Part shown: positions 8,250 through 18,233 of the stretch, piece after piece | Position numbering within the stretch: the first letter of the stretch is position 1 | Layout of the letters: every line of letters begins with the position of its first letter | Source: a virus | Lineage: Duplodnaviria > Caudoviricetes | Reading direction: 5' to 3' (one strand) | DNA: 64,000 nt | Virus record (IMG/VR): IMGVR_UViG_2706795947_000001 | Span: 12,973 to 76,972 of that record | Position numbers and translations under genes: made by a program | The notes under the pieces: model-generated | Database searches by the model: none | What the model saw: only the letters and a program-made list of their open reading frames with translations | What the model was told of the DNA's origin: nothing

Positions 8250-11200
8250 TTGAACACGACTGCGGCGAATATCCTCGTCACCGCACAGGCCCGCCAGGCT
8301 CAGGCAGTTCTGGCTCGCGCACAGGCTGCGCTTCGGGGTCTGCAGTCTACCGCGCAAGGTGCGAACGCTGCCCAGGCTACCGCCGCGAACGCTGCTGCAA
8401 AGCAGATCGACGCGGCTGAGGCACGCAAGGCTTCGGCGGCTGCCAAGGCATCTCTGGCAATTGAACAGGCGAATCTTCGCCAGATCAAATCTGAACAAGC
8501 GGCGTCTGTAGCCGCGGCCAGATCGGCAGCCGCCATATCTCTCTCTCAAACAAAGGCGGCCGGTGCCGCCGAAGCGTCAGCCGCCAAGCAGGCGGCAGCT
8601 GCAGCGAAGATGTCGGCGGCAATGGAGCTCTCCGCCATGAAGCAGCAGGCTGCTATGGCGCAGCTCACGCTGGTCCAAATGCGTCAGCTCGCGCAGATGG
8701 AAGCGGCCTCGGCTCGTCAGATCGCCGCCGACAACCGCGCCGCGATGTCCGCAGCCAAGTCCGCTGCGCAGCAGGCTGCCGCACGCGAGTCGCTCACCAT
8801 CGCTACACTCCGTGCAGTCGCCCGCGAAGAGGCTGCATCGGCACGCAAGATCGCTGCCGATGCACGGGCTGCACTGCAGGCACAGGTGCTGGCGAATGCC
8901 GAGACCGGCAATCAGAATCGCGTAGTCACCGCCCGCCTTCGCGCCGCAGCGCAGACCGCGTCTGCCAACGCAGCGAAGATCAACTCGGACAACGGCGCTG
9001 CCATCGCTGCCGAGGTTGCCGCCAACCGCGAGATGAGGGCAGCTCGCGAGGCTTCGCTCGCCGACATGGATCGCGCCATGAAGGCGCAGGCTGCGAACGC
9101 ACGCAAGGCGGCATCGGACGCGCAGGCTGCAGTTAACGCGCAGGCAAACGCGATCAAGGAAGCTGCGGCAATGTCTGTCGCCGACACCGCGCGCATCAAG
9201 AGTGCCGCAGTAGCCGCAGCCGAGAACGCACGCAAGATTGCATCAGACGCCGCCGTGGCAAACACGGCGGCTATGACCGCTGGACGCGAGTCGGTTGCGA
9301 ACGCGCAGGCCGCTGCATCCGCCCGCATCGGCGCGCAGCAGAAGGTTGTCGCTGACGCACAGGCCAACGCCTCGCGAATGAATGCAGCAGCCGTTGCCGC
9401 CGCCGAGGCTTCGAAGATCGCTGCCGCCGAGGCGCGCGCCGCCGCCGCAGCCGAGAAGGCTGCTATCCAGATCACCGCCGCCAAGCAGCGCGAGATCGCA
9501 GCGAACTCCGCAGCCACCGCGTCCAACCGCTCCTGGTCGGCGAGCATGACGGCTTCTGGTTCTCGTATGCAGTGGATCGGTCGACAGCTGTCGCAGAACT
9601 TCACGGCACCGATGCTGCTCGCTACGGGCATTGGTGTCAAGTTCGGGCTGGACATGGAGAAGTCCATGACCCGGCTCGAGAAGGTGTACGCCGACCAGGC
9701 GCTCATCCGCGAGGCGGAAGCCAAGGGGATCAACCTCGTCAAGAATGAGACCGAGGCTCTCGAGAAGGCGTTCATTGCACTCTCGAACAAGTACGGCGTA
9801 CAGGCCGACGAGGTTGCGAACGTCGCTGCCGAGTGGGCTGCGGCTGGCGCATCGGGCAAGGCGCTGGCAACCCAGACTGACCTGACAATGAAGACGATGG
9901 TCCTTGGTGAGATGGATGCCGAGGAAGCCACCAAGGCTCTCATTGCAATTCAGGCACAGTGGGGCGCTGTTACTGAGACCAACCTGGATCAGCAGAACAA
10001 ACTCTCTCTCGGCACCTCTGGTCTAGCCAACGACCAGCTCAGCCTTACCTCGATTCTCCGACAGCTCAACGCAGTGGAGAACGAGACCGGCACCACGATG
10101 AACGACCTCGTCGTTGCGTTCTCTCGCGCATCGGGTGTCGCTCGAAGTGCCGGCCTTGATACGGCCCACCTTGCTGCCGCCGTTGCTGCACTCGTTCCCG
10201 CCGCAGGCAGTGCGGCCGAAGCCGGTAACGCACTCAAGACAATCATCAGCCGTACTCTGACGCCTACTCGTGAGGCTTCTCAGATCATGGAGCTGATGCA
10301 GATACAGACCCAAAAGGCTGCATGGCAGAGCATGAATGCTGGCCAGCGCCTCGAGGAGCTGGCCAAGCGGTTCGGCACACTGACCGGAGCGCAGAAGGCG
10401 CAGGTTGCTGCATCTCTCGGTTCGCGCTACCAGGTTAACAAGCTCGAGGTTCTGTTCTCCTCGATTGCAAACAAGGCCGGTTACTACCACAAGGCTTTGG
10501 AGAAGCTCGCCAACGAAGCCGACGTGGTGAAGATCGCTGAGGACGAGCTCAACACCGTCCTCGAGTCGCAGCCTCAGATGCTCAAGCAGGCTGGCGTCAT
10601 CATTCAGAATAGTCTCATGAAGACTATGGTTCCGCTGATTCCGGTTGTCATTCAGCTAACCCAGTGGATCGGCAAGGCCTTTGATGCCTTCGCCAACCTG
10701 CCGACCGGCGTGCGAACCACCCTCATTGGACTTGGACTGTTCCTTGCGACGGTCGGTCCCATCATCATCTTCCTGGGAATCTTCAAGCTGGCACTCGGCC
10801 AGCTCACCCCAGTGTTCTTGATGCTCGCTCGGGCCCTGCTGTTCCCGGTCACAATCTTTGGCAAGTTCGGCGCATTGCTGCTGAAGCCGATCATGAGTCT
10901 CGCGAAGCTGCGCGGTGCACTTGTACTGACTGCGCGCGCGTTTGCTCTGATCCCAGCTGCAGCCGTGCTCATGACGCGGATCGTTTCGTTCGCTCTCATG
11001 GGAATGCAGGCCACAGTCGTAGTCGGCATGGCGGGCCTGCGTGCGTCCTGGACTGCGGCCTGGGTCGCAATGGTCGCCGTGCAGACTGTGTCTGGCGTTG
11101 CAATGACCACGACCCAGAAGGTCATGTTCATGGTGATGCTCACCGCACAGAAGGTGTGGGCTGGAGCGTCGCTACTTATTCAGCGCGCGTGGGCTACTGC

Positions 11201-14200
11201 CAGTGTTGCAGTACATGCAGCCTGGGGTGCGGCCGCAGCGATGGTCACTGCGGTCGGACAGGCTATCATGCTTGCCCGCCAGCGCGCCTGGGCGGCGGCA
11301 TGGCTTGCGATAACTGTCGGGTGGGCCACCGCTAGCCTCCTGCTTCAGAAGACCTGGGCCGCAGCTTCGATCCTGCTGTCCGGCGTTTACTGGAAGCGCA
11401 TGTTCGCGATCTTCGCGGCGGGCAACAAGGGCCTGCTAGCGATCCTTGCAGCTGGCGGCAAGGCAATCGTCGCGCTATTCTCCTCGCCCTGGGCGATTGC
11501 TATTGCAATTGTCATCGGACTCATCGTCATGTTCCGCGAGCAGATTGCTCAGGCGTGGAACAACGTCGTCAATTACTTCAGGAACATTCCGAAGGAAACT
11601 TCGGCAGCCCTGTCGCCGCTGACAAACATCTTCGTTCGGGCGCGCAACGCTGTTGTTGGTGCGTTCAACTCCCTGCCCGAGGGTGTCAAGGGTGCGCTTC
11701 TCAAGGTGGTTGCGATCGTTCGCGCAGCCGCCATGAAGGTGTACGAACTCTTTAGCTACCTCAACCCGTTCGCACATCACTCGCCTTCGCTGGTGGAGAA
11801 TGTCACGAACGGCATGGCTGTCGTCAACGCCCAGTTCGCCAACGCCTCGCGCAACGCGCAGACCCACATCGGCAAGCTGCACAAGTCGATCAAGCAGCTG
11901 CAGGGCTTGTCTGCCCCGATGACTGCGCAGAACGACAAGGCGAAGGACGACGAGTTCCGTCAGACTGCAACCAAGGCTGGCGCAGCGGGATCGCTGCCTG
12001 CGTACGACGCGCTCAATGCTGATGTCAAGGCAGCGAAGAGCTACATGGATCAGCTCAACAAGTCCATGGAAGCTCATGAGGCGCAGCTGAAGAACATCAA
12101 GGCTGGCGTCGAGGCATACGACGCTGCTATCGAGCAGATGAACTCCGCTCTCGAGGTCACCAAGGCTATCCAGTCGGACGTGAACCGCGCCCTGGATGGA
12201 GCCAAGGCTCGGTTCGACCGATACTCCAACGCGCAGATCAAGGGTACGCGCGCCGCTGAAGATGCCATCTTCGATAACGAGATGGCACAGAAGCGGCTGC
12301 AGCTACAGATCGCGAAGATGGAAGAAGAGGCTGGCACTGTTGATAGTGTCACCGACTCGTACTCAAAGCTGCAGGGCGAGATCGAATCGCTGACTGCCAA
12401 GCAGACTGAACTTCGCAAGGCTGGCGCAGGGTCGGACGTACTCGGCACGTACGACAAGATGATTGCCGACCTGAAGAGTCAGCAGTCGGGACTGATGACC
12501 GGCGGTACCGACAGTCCAGCCGGTAAGATAGCTGCACTCAACACATCGCTTCAGGCTCTGCAGAAGCAAGCGGACATCATGGACCTCGAGAAGTCCTTGA
12601 AGTTCGATTCACTCAATCGGAAGATTGAGCAGTTCAGCAGCAATGTTGAAGAGATGCCGTACGGTCAGATCATGTCCGGCATGGACTCTTCGCGCACCTC
12701 GATCAACGCATTGCAGTACTCGTACGACCAGCTCGATATGGTCATGGCGGGGCAGCAGGCTCGCATCGACGCCACCCAGGCCCAGCGTGACGCACTGCAG
12801 CAGACCTACGACTCAGAGGCTAAGCGACTCGAGACCGTTCGTGCTAAGTACGAAGAGGTAGAGCAGGCCGTTCGCAGCGGCGAGGAAGCTCTCGAATCAT
12901 TCTCGTCGGCATCCGAAGAGGTTGTGCGACGCCAGGAAGAAGCTGCCCGCGCCGCGGAAGAGGCAAGCAAGAAGCTCAAGAAGAAGAAGGGCGGCGGCGC
13001 TGGTAGCGGGGACGAGCTCGCCCCTGGCGCTCAGAACTTCATCGACGGCGCGGCGGGAGACTTTGAGACCTTCGGTGGCACTGACACGATCGGTCGCGAG
13101 GGTGCTGGCCTGGATCAGTCTTCACAGATCGACGAGTTCACCAAGGGGTTGACCGACGACCTCGAGAAGCAGCTCGGTGGGCTCAACCCGTTCTCGGGAC
13201 TGAAGAACGCTTGGAACCGAACCGTTGACTGGTTCAAGGGCATGATGCCTGGGTTCGGCGACATCTTCAAGAACGTCGGCAATGGTATCGGTTCTGCATT
13301 CTCGTCCGACAAGAACGAGAACGTCAAGCGCTTCGGTGACGCTGTCTCTAACTCGGTCGAGTCACTGAAGAATGTGTGGGAGTGGATCAAGAAGGCTGGT
13401 TCCATAATTGGAAACCTCTTCGGTCCTGACCTTCAGTCGACGCTTCAGGGGCTTGGTGACGGGTTCAAGACCGTCATGGACAAGGTCAGTGGCCCCCTGT
13501 CGGAACTCGGCAAGGTTGCCATTCCGTTCCTGACGACAGCATTCCAGCACCTGTCTCCAGTTATTGGCGTGTTCCTCGTCGCACTTGAAATGGTCTGGGA
13601 AGTCATCAACGGAGCGATCGGCCCAGTGTTCAGCTGGCTCGGTGACCTGATTGGCGCGATCATTCGCGTCATCACTGGCGTAGTCAAGATACTCATGGGC
13701 GCCATGAAGGTGATCCAGGGCGTCATCATGGTGGTCATCGGTATCGTCAAGGGTGTCATCGGACTGTTGACCGGCCAGGGCTTGTCCGGGTTTGACATGT
13801 TCGGCGACGGTATCAAGAAGATCTTCGGTGGGTTCGGAGACATGCTCGGCGGTATCGTCGACATCGTCAAGGGCATCTTCATCGCGATCTGGAGTACAAT
13901 CAAGAACGCTGTCAAGCTGATCTGGAATGTAGTCTGGGGTCTCGTCAAGGGGATCATCGACTTCTTCACCACGCTCTGGGATGTCCTCGTCGGTCACTCG
14001 ATCGTGCCAGATACTATCAACTCGATCATTGACTGGTTCAAGGAACTGCCCGGCAAGCTGCCCGGCATGGTGTGGGGTCTCATCACCTCGCTCATCGGCT
14101 TCTTCCTGAAGCTGCCGATCATGATTGGCCAGGCGCTACTCAAGCTCGGCGGATTCCTGCTCGGAGCGTTCACGTCTGCAATGGCGTGGCTCCTGCCGAA

Positions 14201-17200
14201 GCTCCCAGGGTTCATCTGGAATATCGTCAAGTTCTTTGCGACCCTGCCGTTCAAGATCATCGGCGCACTCATCGGGTTCGGCGCGAAGCTTCTCGGCTGG
14301 CTCGGGCAGGCCATCGCCTGGCTGGTGCCCCAGCTCCCAGGCATAGTCTGGGACATCATCACCTTCTTCGCAACGCTCCCGTTCAAGATCATTGGAGCAC
14401 TGCTCGGATTCGGTGCGAAGCTGTTCGAGTGGGCTAAGAACGCATTCATCTGGCTCGCACAGAACCTGCCTGGTGTGATCGGCAACGTAATCAGCTTCTT
14501 CGCTGGCCTGCCAGGGAAGCTGATCGGTGCACTTCTTGGACTCGGCGCGAAGCTGTTCGAGTGGGCGAAGAATGGGTTCATCTGGCTAGCCCAGAACCTG
14601 CCGAATGCCATCGGCGCCGTACTCGACTTCGCCAAGGAGTTCCCCGGTCGAGTCATCCGAGGGTTTGGCAAGTGGGGTTCCTTCATCTGGGAGTGGATGA
14701 AGAAGGGCTGGGACTTCCTGGTCAACGAGATGCCAGGTATTGTCGCTGGATTCCTGAAGTGGATCGGCGGCATTCCCGGAATGCTGCTCGGCAAGCTCGG
14801 TGATGGCGCCAAGGTGTTGTACGACTACGGCAAGGACATGATCCAGGGCCTGATGAATGGCACCGCGGGTCTGCTCAAGAAGCTCGGCGACTGGTTCCTC
14901 GATAAGATTCCCGGCTGGATCAAGACGCCGTTCAAGAAGGCGCTCGGCATTGCGTCGCCGTCGAAGGTGTTCGCTGGCTACGGCGTGAATATCGGCGAAG
15001 GCCTCGTCAAGGGTATCGGCAGTATGCAGGGTCAGGTCGAGTCTGCCTCGGTTGCGATGGCTGCCGCTGCCGACAAGGGCGAAGTCGGAGGCATGGCTAT
15101 CTCGGCCGTTGCTGACACTTCATCGGTGGGTGGCTCCGTGTCCGCACTAGGGGACGCCGTTGCAGCATCCGGCCCGGTGGCGGTCGATACGGCGGCATCC
15201 CCGGACGCCGACATCCAACCGATGCTCGACGCAGCCGAAGCAGCGTTCGACGCTTTCGATGCATCCATGAAGACGAAGATGGCAGCCTTCACTGCTGCAG
15301 TGACAGTTATGTTTGCTGCAATGGCGACGGGCGTGCTGTCGTCCCTCGATCAGGTAACCATCGGAAGCGGCACCTCGTTCGCGGCGATGCAGGCCACTGT
15401 GGTCGGCATTGTCACAGCGATGGTATCGGCAGTGCAGGCGCAGCTTGCGCTACTCATCTCGCAGGTCAACACCTTCGGACTAAACCTGACCGCGGCCTGG
15501 GCGGGCGCATGGAATGCATGGAAGAGCGAGACTACCACCGGAGTTGACCACACGCTGACCGAGTGGCAACGCATGGCTGACGGTATGCGTTCGGTTGTAG
15601 ACAACTCGCTTACTCCGATGTTCGCTGACATCGGAGAGATGCTAACTGCGTTCGAGGGTGCGACCGTAACCACAGTCACCAACGTCGGCACCACTTGGGA
15701 TGGCATCAAGGAAAAGACTGCAGCGCCTGCGCGCTTCGTTATCAATGACGTTTATAACGAGGGTCTGCGCGGAGCGTGGAACAAGTTCAACGAGTTCCTC
15801 GGTATTGAAGCGCTACCCGAGTACACCGCTAAGTTCGCAGAGGGTGGTCCCGTCTGGGGTCCGGGTACTGGAACCTCGGATAGTGTCAATGCGAAGTTGT
15901 CGCGAGGCGAGCACGTCATCACCGCAAAGGAAGTCCAGAAGGCGGGCGGGCACAGAGCCGTCGAGGCTACCCGACGCTACTGGGCAAGTGGTGGACATAA
16001 GCGCACCGAGGCTGCGTTTGCTCAGGGCGGAGCTGTTGGCGAGAAGGTAGACTCGTACGCACAGGGAGGCGGAGTACGCGGCAAACTTCCGGTTACCGGA
16101 CACGCTGGCGCACAGGCTATCACCACCCCCATCCAGAGGGCGATGTGGGATGCAGTCAAGACTGCGTTCCCCAACGTTGACCTGCTGTCGGGCACTCGCT
16201 ACGCCGAGGTTGGTTCAGGGTTCGACTACCACATGCAGGGGATGGCGCTCGACTTGAGTCCGATTCCTCAGGTGGCGCGTTGGATCTGGGAGATGAACAA
16301 GAAGAATCCGGTAACGGAGCTTATCTTCTGGCCTCTCGGTGGGCACCCGAACAACATCAACGACGGAGTCCCCTTCGACTACGGCGCTGGTACGAACTCT
16401 GAGCACATGGACCACGTCCACTGGGCCATGCACCGCATGGTGGACAACGAGGGCAAGATCGTCTCTATGGCGGGCGCTAGTGGTGGACCTCGCCCGGTTG
16501 ACTACGTCAAAATGATCCGCGAGGAGTTCGACTCCTTCAAGAAGACTTACACCGAGAAGGACCCCAAGTTCGCGGGCGGTATCGGCAAGTGGGTGCCCAA
16601 GTCTATCGACAAGGGCATGGAGGCATTCAAGTTCCTCGAGCCCAAGGCGGCTGCACTCAACTCGTCGTACAGCAGCGGCAGCCAGGGGAACATTCCTTAC
16701 GACCTGAGTGCGGGCGTTGAGCAGTGGCGCAAGCTGGCCACCGAGATGCTCATCATGCAGGGCGAGTCGGTCACCTATGTTGACCGACTCCTCATGCAGA
16801 TGCAGTCGGAGTCGAGCGGTAATCCGAACGCGATCAACCTGGTTGACTCGAATGCAGCCAAGGGTACGCCGTCAAAGGGCCTCATGCAGGTCATTGACCC
16901 GACGTTCCAGACCTGGCGCGACCCGCGTCTGCCTAACAACATCTGGGATCCTGCTGCTAATATCGCCGCCTCGATCCGCTACACCAGAGGCGAGTACGGC
17001 ACGCTGGGGGCCTGGCAGGGGGTCGGCTATGACTCGGGCGGCATCCTGCCTCCGGGGTTCACGGTCGCCAATAACCAGACGGGTGGACCTGAGGCCATCC
17101 TCACGGCGGCACAATGGAGCGCTATGTTCGACATCGCTTCGAAGCCTCCGCTGGACGAGGATACAATTCAGGGTGCGGTCGAGGCTGCCAACATAGCGAC

Positions 17201-18233
17201 GGGTAACACTGACGACGCGACCACTGCAGCAATTATCAAGGGTATGGATGTCTGGTCTGCAGCGTGGACCCCAGAGATGGTAGACTCCACCGACAAGGCT
17301 ACCGAAGCCTCGGAGAAGGTCGCCGAGGCTGCAGACAAGCAGAGCTCCAGTACGGTGCTACTGAGCAAGAGCCTCGGCAAGTACGACGCTCAGATTGCAT
17401 CGCTGTCCAAGGTGCTCACCGCGTTCTCGAACAGTGCGCAGCAGTCGGTGAAGGTCACGGTCAACGTCACCAACGGTACGGCGACCACTGGCAATACCTC
17501 GACTGTCGGCACCAACGAGAAGGGTGAGCAGACTATCACAGTTGAGCAGCCGACCTTCGAGCAGTGGGCGCCCACCCTGAACGCGCTGGCAGACTTCTTC
17601 GACACGCTGCCGTACGCGGAGCGGGACTGGCAGGCCGACAATCCGGTCGCTGGCGAGACGGAGCAGCAGCGCAAGATGCGTCTCGCACAGAACAACCTGA
17701 CCAACTTTGCAAAGGGTGGGTACAATGTTCTGCGCGACATGGGTCCGGTGGTTATGCGCCACACTGCAATCATCGGCACCGCAGTCGAACGCCTGGTAAA
17801 GGAAGATGGACCGGCCTGGAGTGCGGCGCTGGCAGCTATCGCGTCGAACAACCCAGCGGGTTACGCTGTTGCCGTGATGCTAGTACTGAAGGAAGTGGCA
17901 ACCTTGCTACCCTTGATCCTAGCTGCCATCATGGACATTGTGCCCGCGTTGATCCGTGCTATCGTTAGGTTCCTCACCCAGTTCATGCCGGATTCAGTGT
18001 TCGCCTATGCGGACATGGCAGCTGCCGAAGCTGCAGTTACCGAGCAGCAGGCTGGTGGAGCGGTCGCGATGGGCCAGGGTCAGCGGTACCCGACTGATGC
18101 AATGTCAACTACGAGTGGCAACGAAAGTATCACATTGAACATGTACGGAGACTTGGTCATGCCGAACGTCAGCGATGGCAGCGATGCAAACGACTTTGTC
18201 GAGCAGCTCAAGCTGTTGGCGGCGGGCTCATGA
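8250..18233 (+). CDS. Tape measure protein with C-terminal peptidase-like and lytic transglycosylase domains
   Basis: 3327 aa, Ala-rich helical; 44-aa repeats; HMQGMALD...HMDHVH; ESSGNPNAIN...KGLMQ...NIAASIRY. Confidence 0.95.
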   Translation: MNTTAANILVTAQARQAQAVLARAQAALRGLQSTAQGANAAQATAANAAAKQIDAAEARKASAAAKASLAIEQANLRQIKSEQAASVAAARSAAAISLSQTKAAGAAEASAAKQAAAAAKMSAAMELSAMKQQAAMAQLTLVQMRQLAQMEAASARQIAADNRAAMSAAKSAAQQAAARESLTIATLRAVAREEAASARKIAADARAALQAQVLANAETGNQNRVVTARLRAAAQTASANAAKINSDNGAAIAAEVAANREMRAAREASLADMDRAMKAQAANARKAASDAQAAVNAQANAIKEAAAMSVADTARIKSAAVAAAENARKIASDAAVANTAAMTAGRESVANAQAAASARIGAQQKVVADAQANASRMNAAAVAAAEASKIAAAEARAAAAAEKAAIQITAAKQREIAANSAATASNRSWSASMTASGSRMQWIGRQLSQNFTAPMLLATGIGVKFGLDMEKSMTRLEKVYADQALIREAEAKGINLVKNETEALEKAFIALSNKYGVQADEVANVAAEWAAAGASGKALATQTDLTMKTMVLGEMDAEEATKALIAIQAQWGAVTETNLDQQNKLSLGTSGLANDQLSLTSILRQLNAVENETGTTMNDLVVAFSRASGVARSAGLDTAHLAAAVAALVPAAGSAAEAGNALKTIISRTLTPTREASQIMELMQIQTQKAAWQSMNAGQRLEELAKRFGTLTGAQKAQVAASLGSRYQVNKLEVLFSSIANKAGYYHKALEKLANEADVVKIAEDELNTVLESQPQMLKQAGVIIQNSLMKTMVPLIPVVIQLTQWIGKAFDAFANLPTGVRTTLIGLGLFLATVGPIIIFLGIFKLALGQLTPVFLMLARALLFPVTIFGKFGALLLKPIMSLAKLRGALVLTARAFALIPAAAVLMTRIVSFALMGMQATVVVGMAGLRASWTAAWVAMVAVQTVSGVAMTTTQKVMFMVMLTAQKVWAGASLLIQRAWATASVAVHAAWGAAAAMVTAVGQAIMLARQRAWAAAWLAITVGWATASLLLQKTWAAASILLSGVYWKRMFAIFAAGNKGLLAILAAGGKAIVALFSSPWAIAIAIVIGLIVMFREQIAQAWNNVVNYFRNIPKETSAALSPLTNIFVRARNAVVGAFNSLPEGVKGALLKVVAIVRAAAMKVYELFSYLNPFAHHSPSLVENVTNGMAVVNAQFANASRNAQTHIGKLHKSIKQLQGLSAPMTAQNDKAKDDEFRQTATKAGAAGSLPAYDALNADVKAAKSYMDQLNKSMEAHEAQLKNIKAGVEAYDAAIEQMNSALEVTKAIQSDVNRALDGAKARFDRYSNAQIKGTRAAEDAIFDNEMAQKRLQLQIAKMEEEAGTVDSVTDSYSKLQGEIESLTAKQTELRKAGAGSDVLGTYDKMIADLKSQQSGLMTGGTDSPAGKIAALNTSLQALQKQADIMDLEKSLKFDSLNRKIEQFSSNVEEMPYGQIMSGMDSSRTSINALQYSYDQLDMVMAGQQARIDATQAQRDALQQTYDSEAKRLETVRAKYEEVEQAVRSGEEALESFSSASEEVVRRQEEAARAAEEASKKLKKKKGGGAGSGDELAPGAQNFIDGAAGDFETFGGTDTIGREGAGLDQSSQIDEFTKGLTDDLEKQLGGLNPFSGLKNAWNRTVDWFKGMMPGFGDIFKNVGNGIGSAFSSDKNENVKRFGDAVSNSVESLKNVWEWIKKAGSIIGNLFGPDLQSTLQGLGDGFKTVMDKVSGPLSELGKVAIPFLTTAFQHLSPVIGVFLVALEMVWEVINGAIGPVFSWLGDLIGAIIRVITGVVKILMGAMKVIQGVIMVVIGIVKGVIGLLTGQGLSGFDMFGDGIKKIFGGFGDMLGGIVDIVKGIFIAIWSTIKNAVKLIWNVVWGLVKGIIDFFTTLWDVLVGHSIVPDTINSIIDWFKELPGKLPGMVWGLITSLIGFFLKLPIMIGQALLKLGGFLLGAFTSAMAWLLPKLPGFIWNIVKFFATLPFKIIGALIGFGAKLLGWLGQAIAWLVPQLPGIVWDIITFFATLPFKIIGALLGFGAKLFEWAKNAFIWLAQNLPGVIGNVISFFAGLPGKLIGALLGLGAKLFEWAKNGFIWLAQNLPNAIGAVLDFAKEFPGRVIRGFGKWGSFIWEWMKKGWDFLVNEMPGIVAGFLKWIGGIPGMLLGKLGDGAKVLYDYGKDMIQGLMNGTAGLLKKLGDWFLDKIPGWIKTPFKKALGIASPSKVFAGYGVNIGEGLVKGIGSMQGQVESASVAMAAAADKGEVGGMAISAVADTSSVGGSVSALGDAVAASGPVAVDTAASPDADIQPMLDAAEAAFDAFDASMKTKMAAFTAAVTVMFAAMATGVLSSLDQVTIGSGTSFAAMQATVVGIVTAMVSAVQAQLALLISQVNTFGLNLTAAWAGAWNAWKSETTTGVDHTLTEWQRMADGMRSVVDNSLTPMFADIGEMLTAFEGATVTTVTNVGTTWDGIKEKTAAPARFVINDVYNEGLRGAWNKFNEFLGIEALPEYTAKFAEGGPVWGPGTGTSDSVNAKLSRGEHVITAKEVQKAGGHRAVEATRRYWASGGHKRTEAAFAQGGAVGEKVDSYAQGGGVRGKLPVTGHAGAQAITTPIQRAMWDAVKTAFPNVDLLSGTRYAEVGSGFDYHMQGMALDLSPIPQVARWIWEMNKKNPVTELIFWPLGGHPNNINDGVPFDYGAGTNSEHMDHVHWAMHRMVDNEGKIVSMAGASGGPRPVDYVKMIREEFDSFKKTYTEKDPKFAGGIGKWVPKSIDKGMEAFKFLEPKAAALNSSYSSGSQGNIPYDLSAGVEQWRKLATEMLIMQGESVTYVDRLLMQMQSESSGNPNAINLVDSNAAKGTPSKGLMQVIDPTFQTWRDPRLPNNIWDPAANIAASIRYTRGEYGTLGAWQGVGYDSGGILPPGFTVANNQTGGPEAILTAAQWSAMFDIASKPPLDEDTIQGAVEAANIATGNTDDATTAAIIKGMDVWSAAWTPEMVDSTDKATEASEKVAEAADKQSSSTVLLSKSLGKYDAQIASLSKVLTAFSNSAQQSVKVTVNVTNGTATTGNTSTVGTNEKGEQTITVEQPTFEQWAPTLNALADFFDTLPYAERDWQADNPVAGETEQQRKMRLAQNNLTNFAKGGYNVLRDMGPVVMRHTAIIGTAVERLVKEDGPAWSAALAAIASNNPAGYAVAVMLVLKEVATLLPLILAAIMDIVPALIRAIVRFLTQFMPDSVFAYADMAAAEAAVTEQQAGGAVAMGQGQRYPTDAMSTTSGNESITLNMYGDLVMPNVSDGSDANDFVEQLKLLAAGS
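14187..14714 (+). repeat. 132-bp (44-aa) tandem repeat x4 in tape measure
   Basis: Trp codons at 14187, 14319, 14451, 14583 start WLxxxLP...FFA.LP.K.IGAL.G.GAKL units. Confidence 0.85.
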
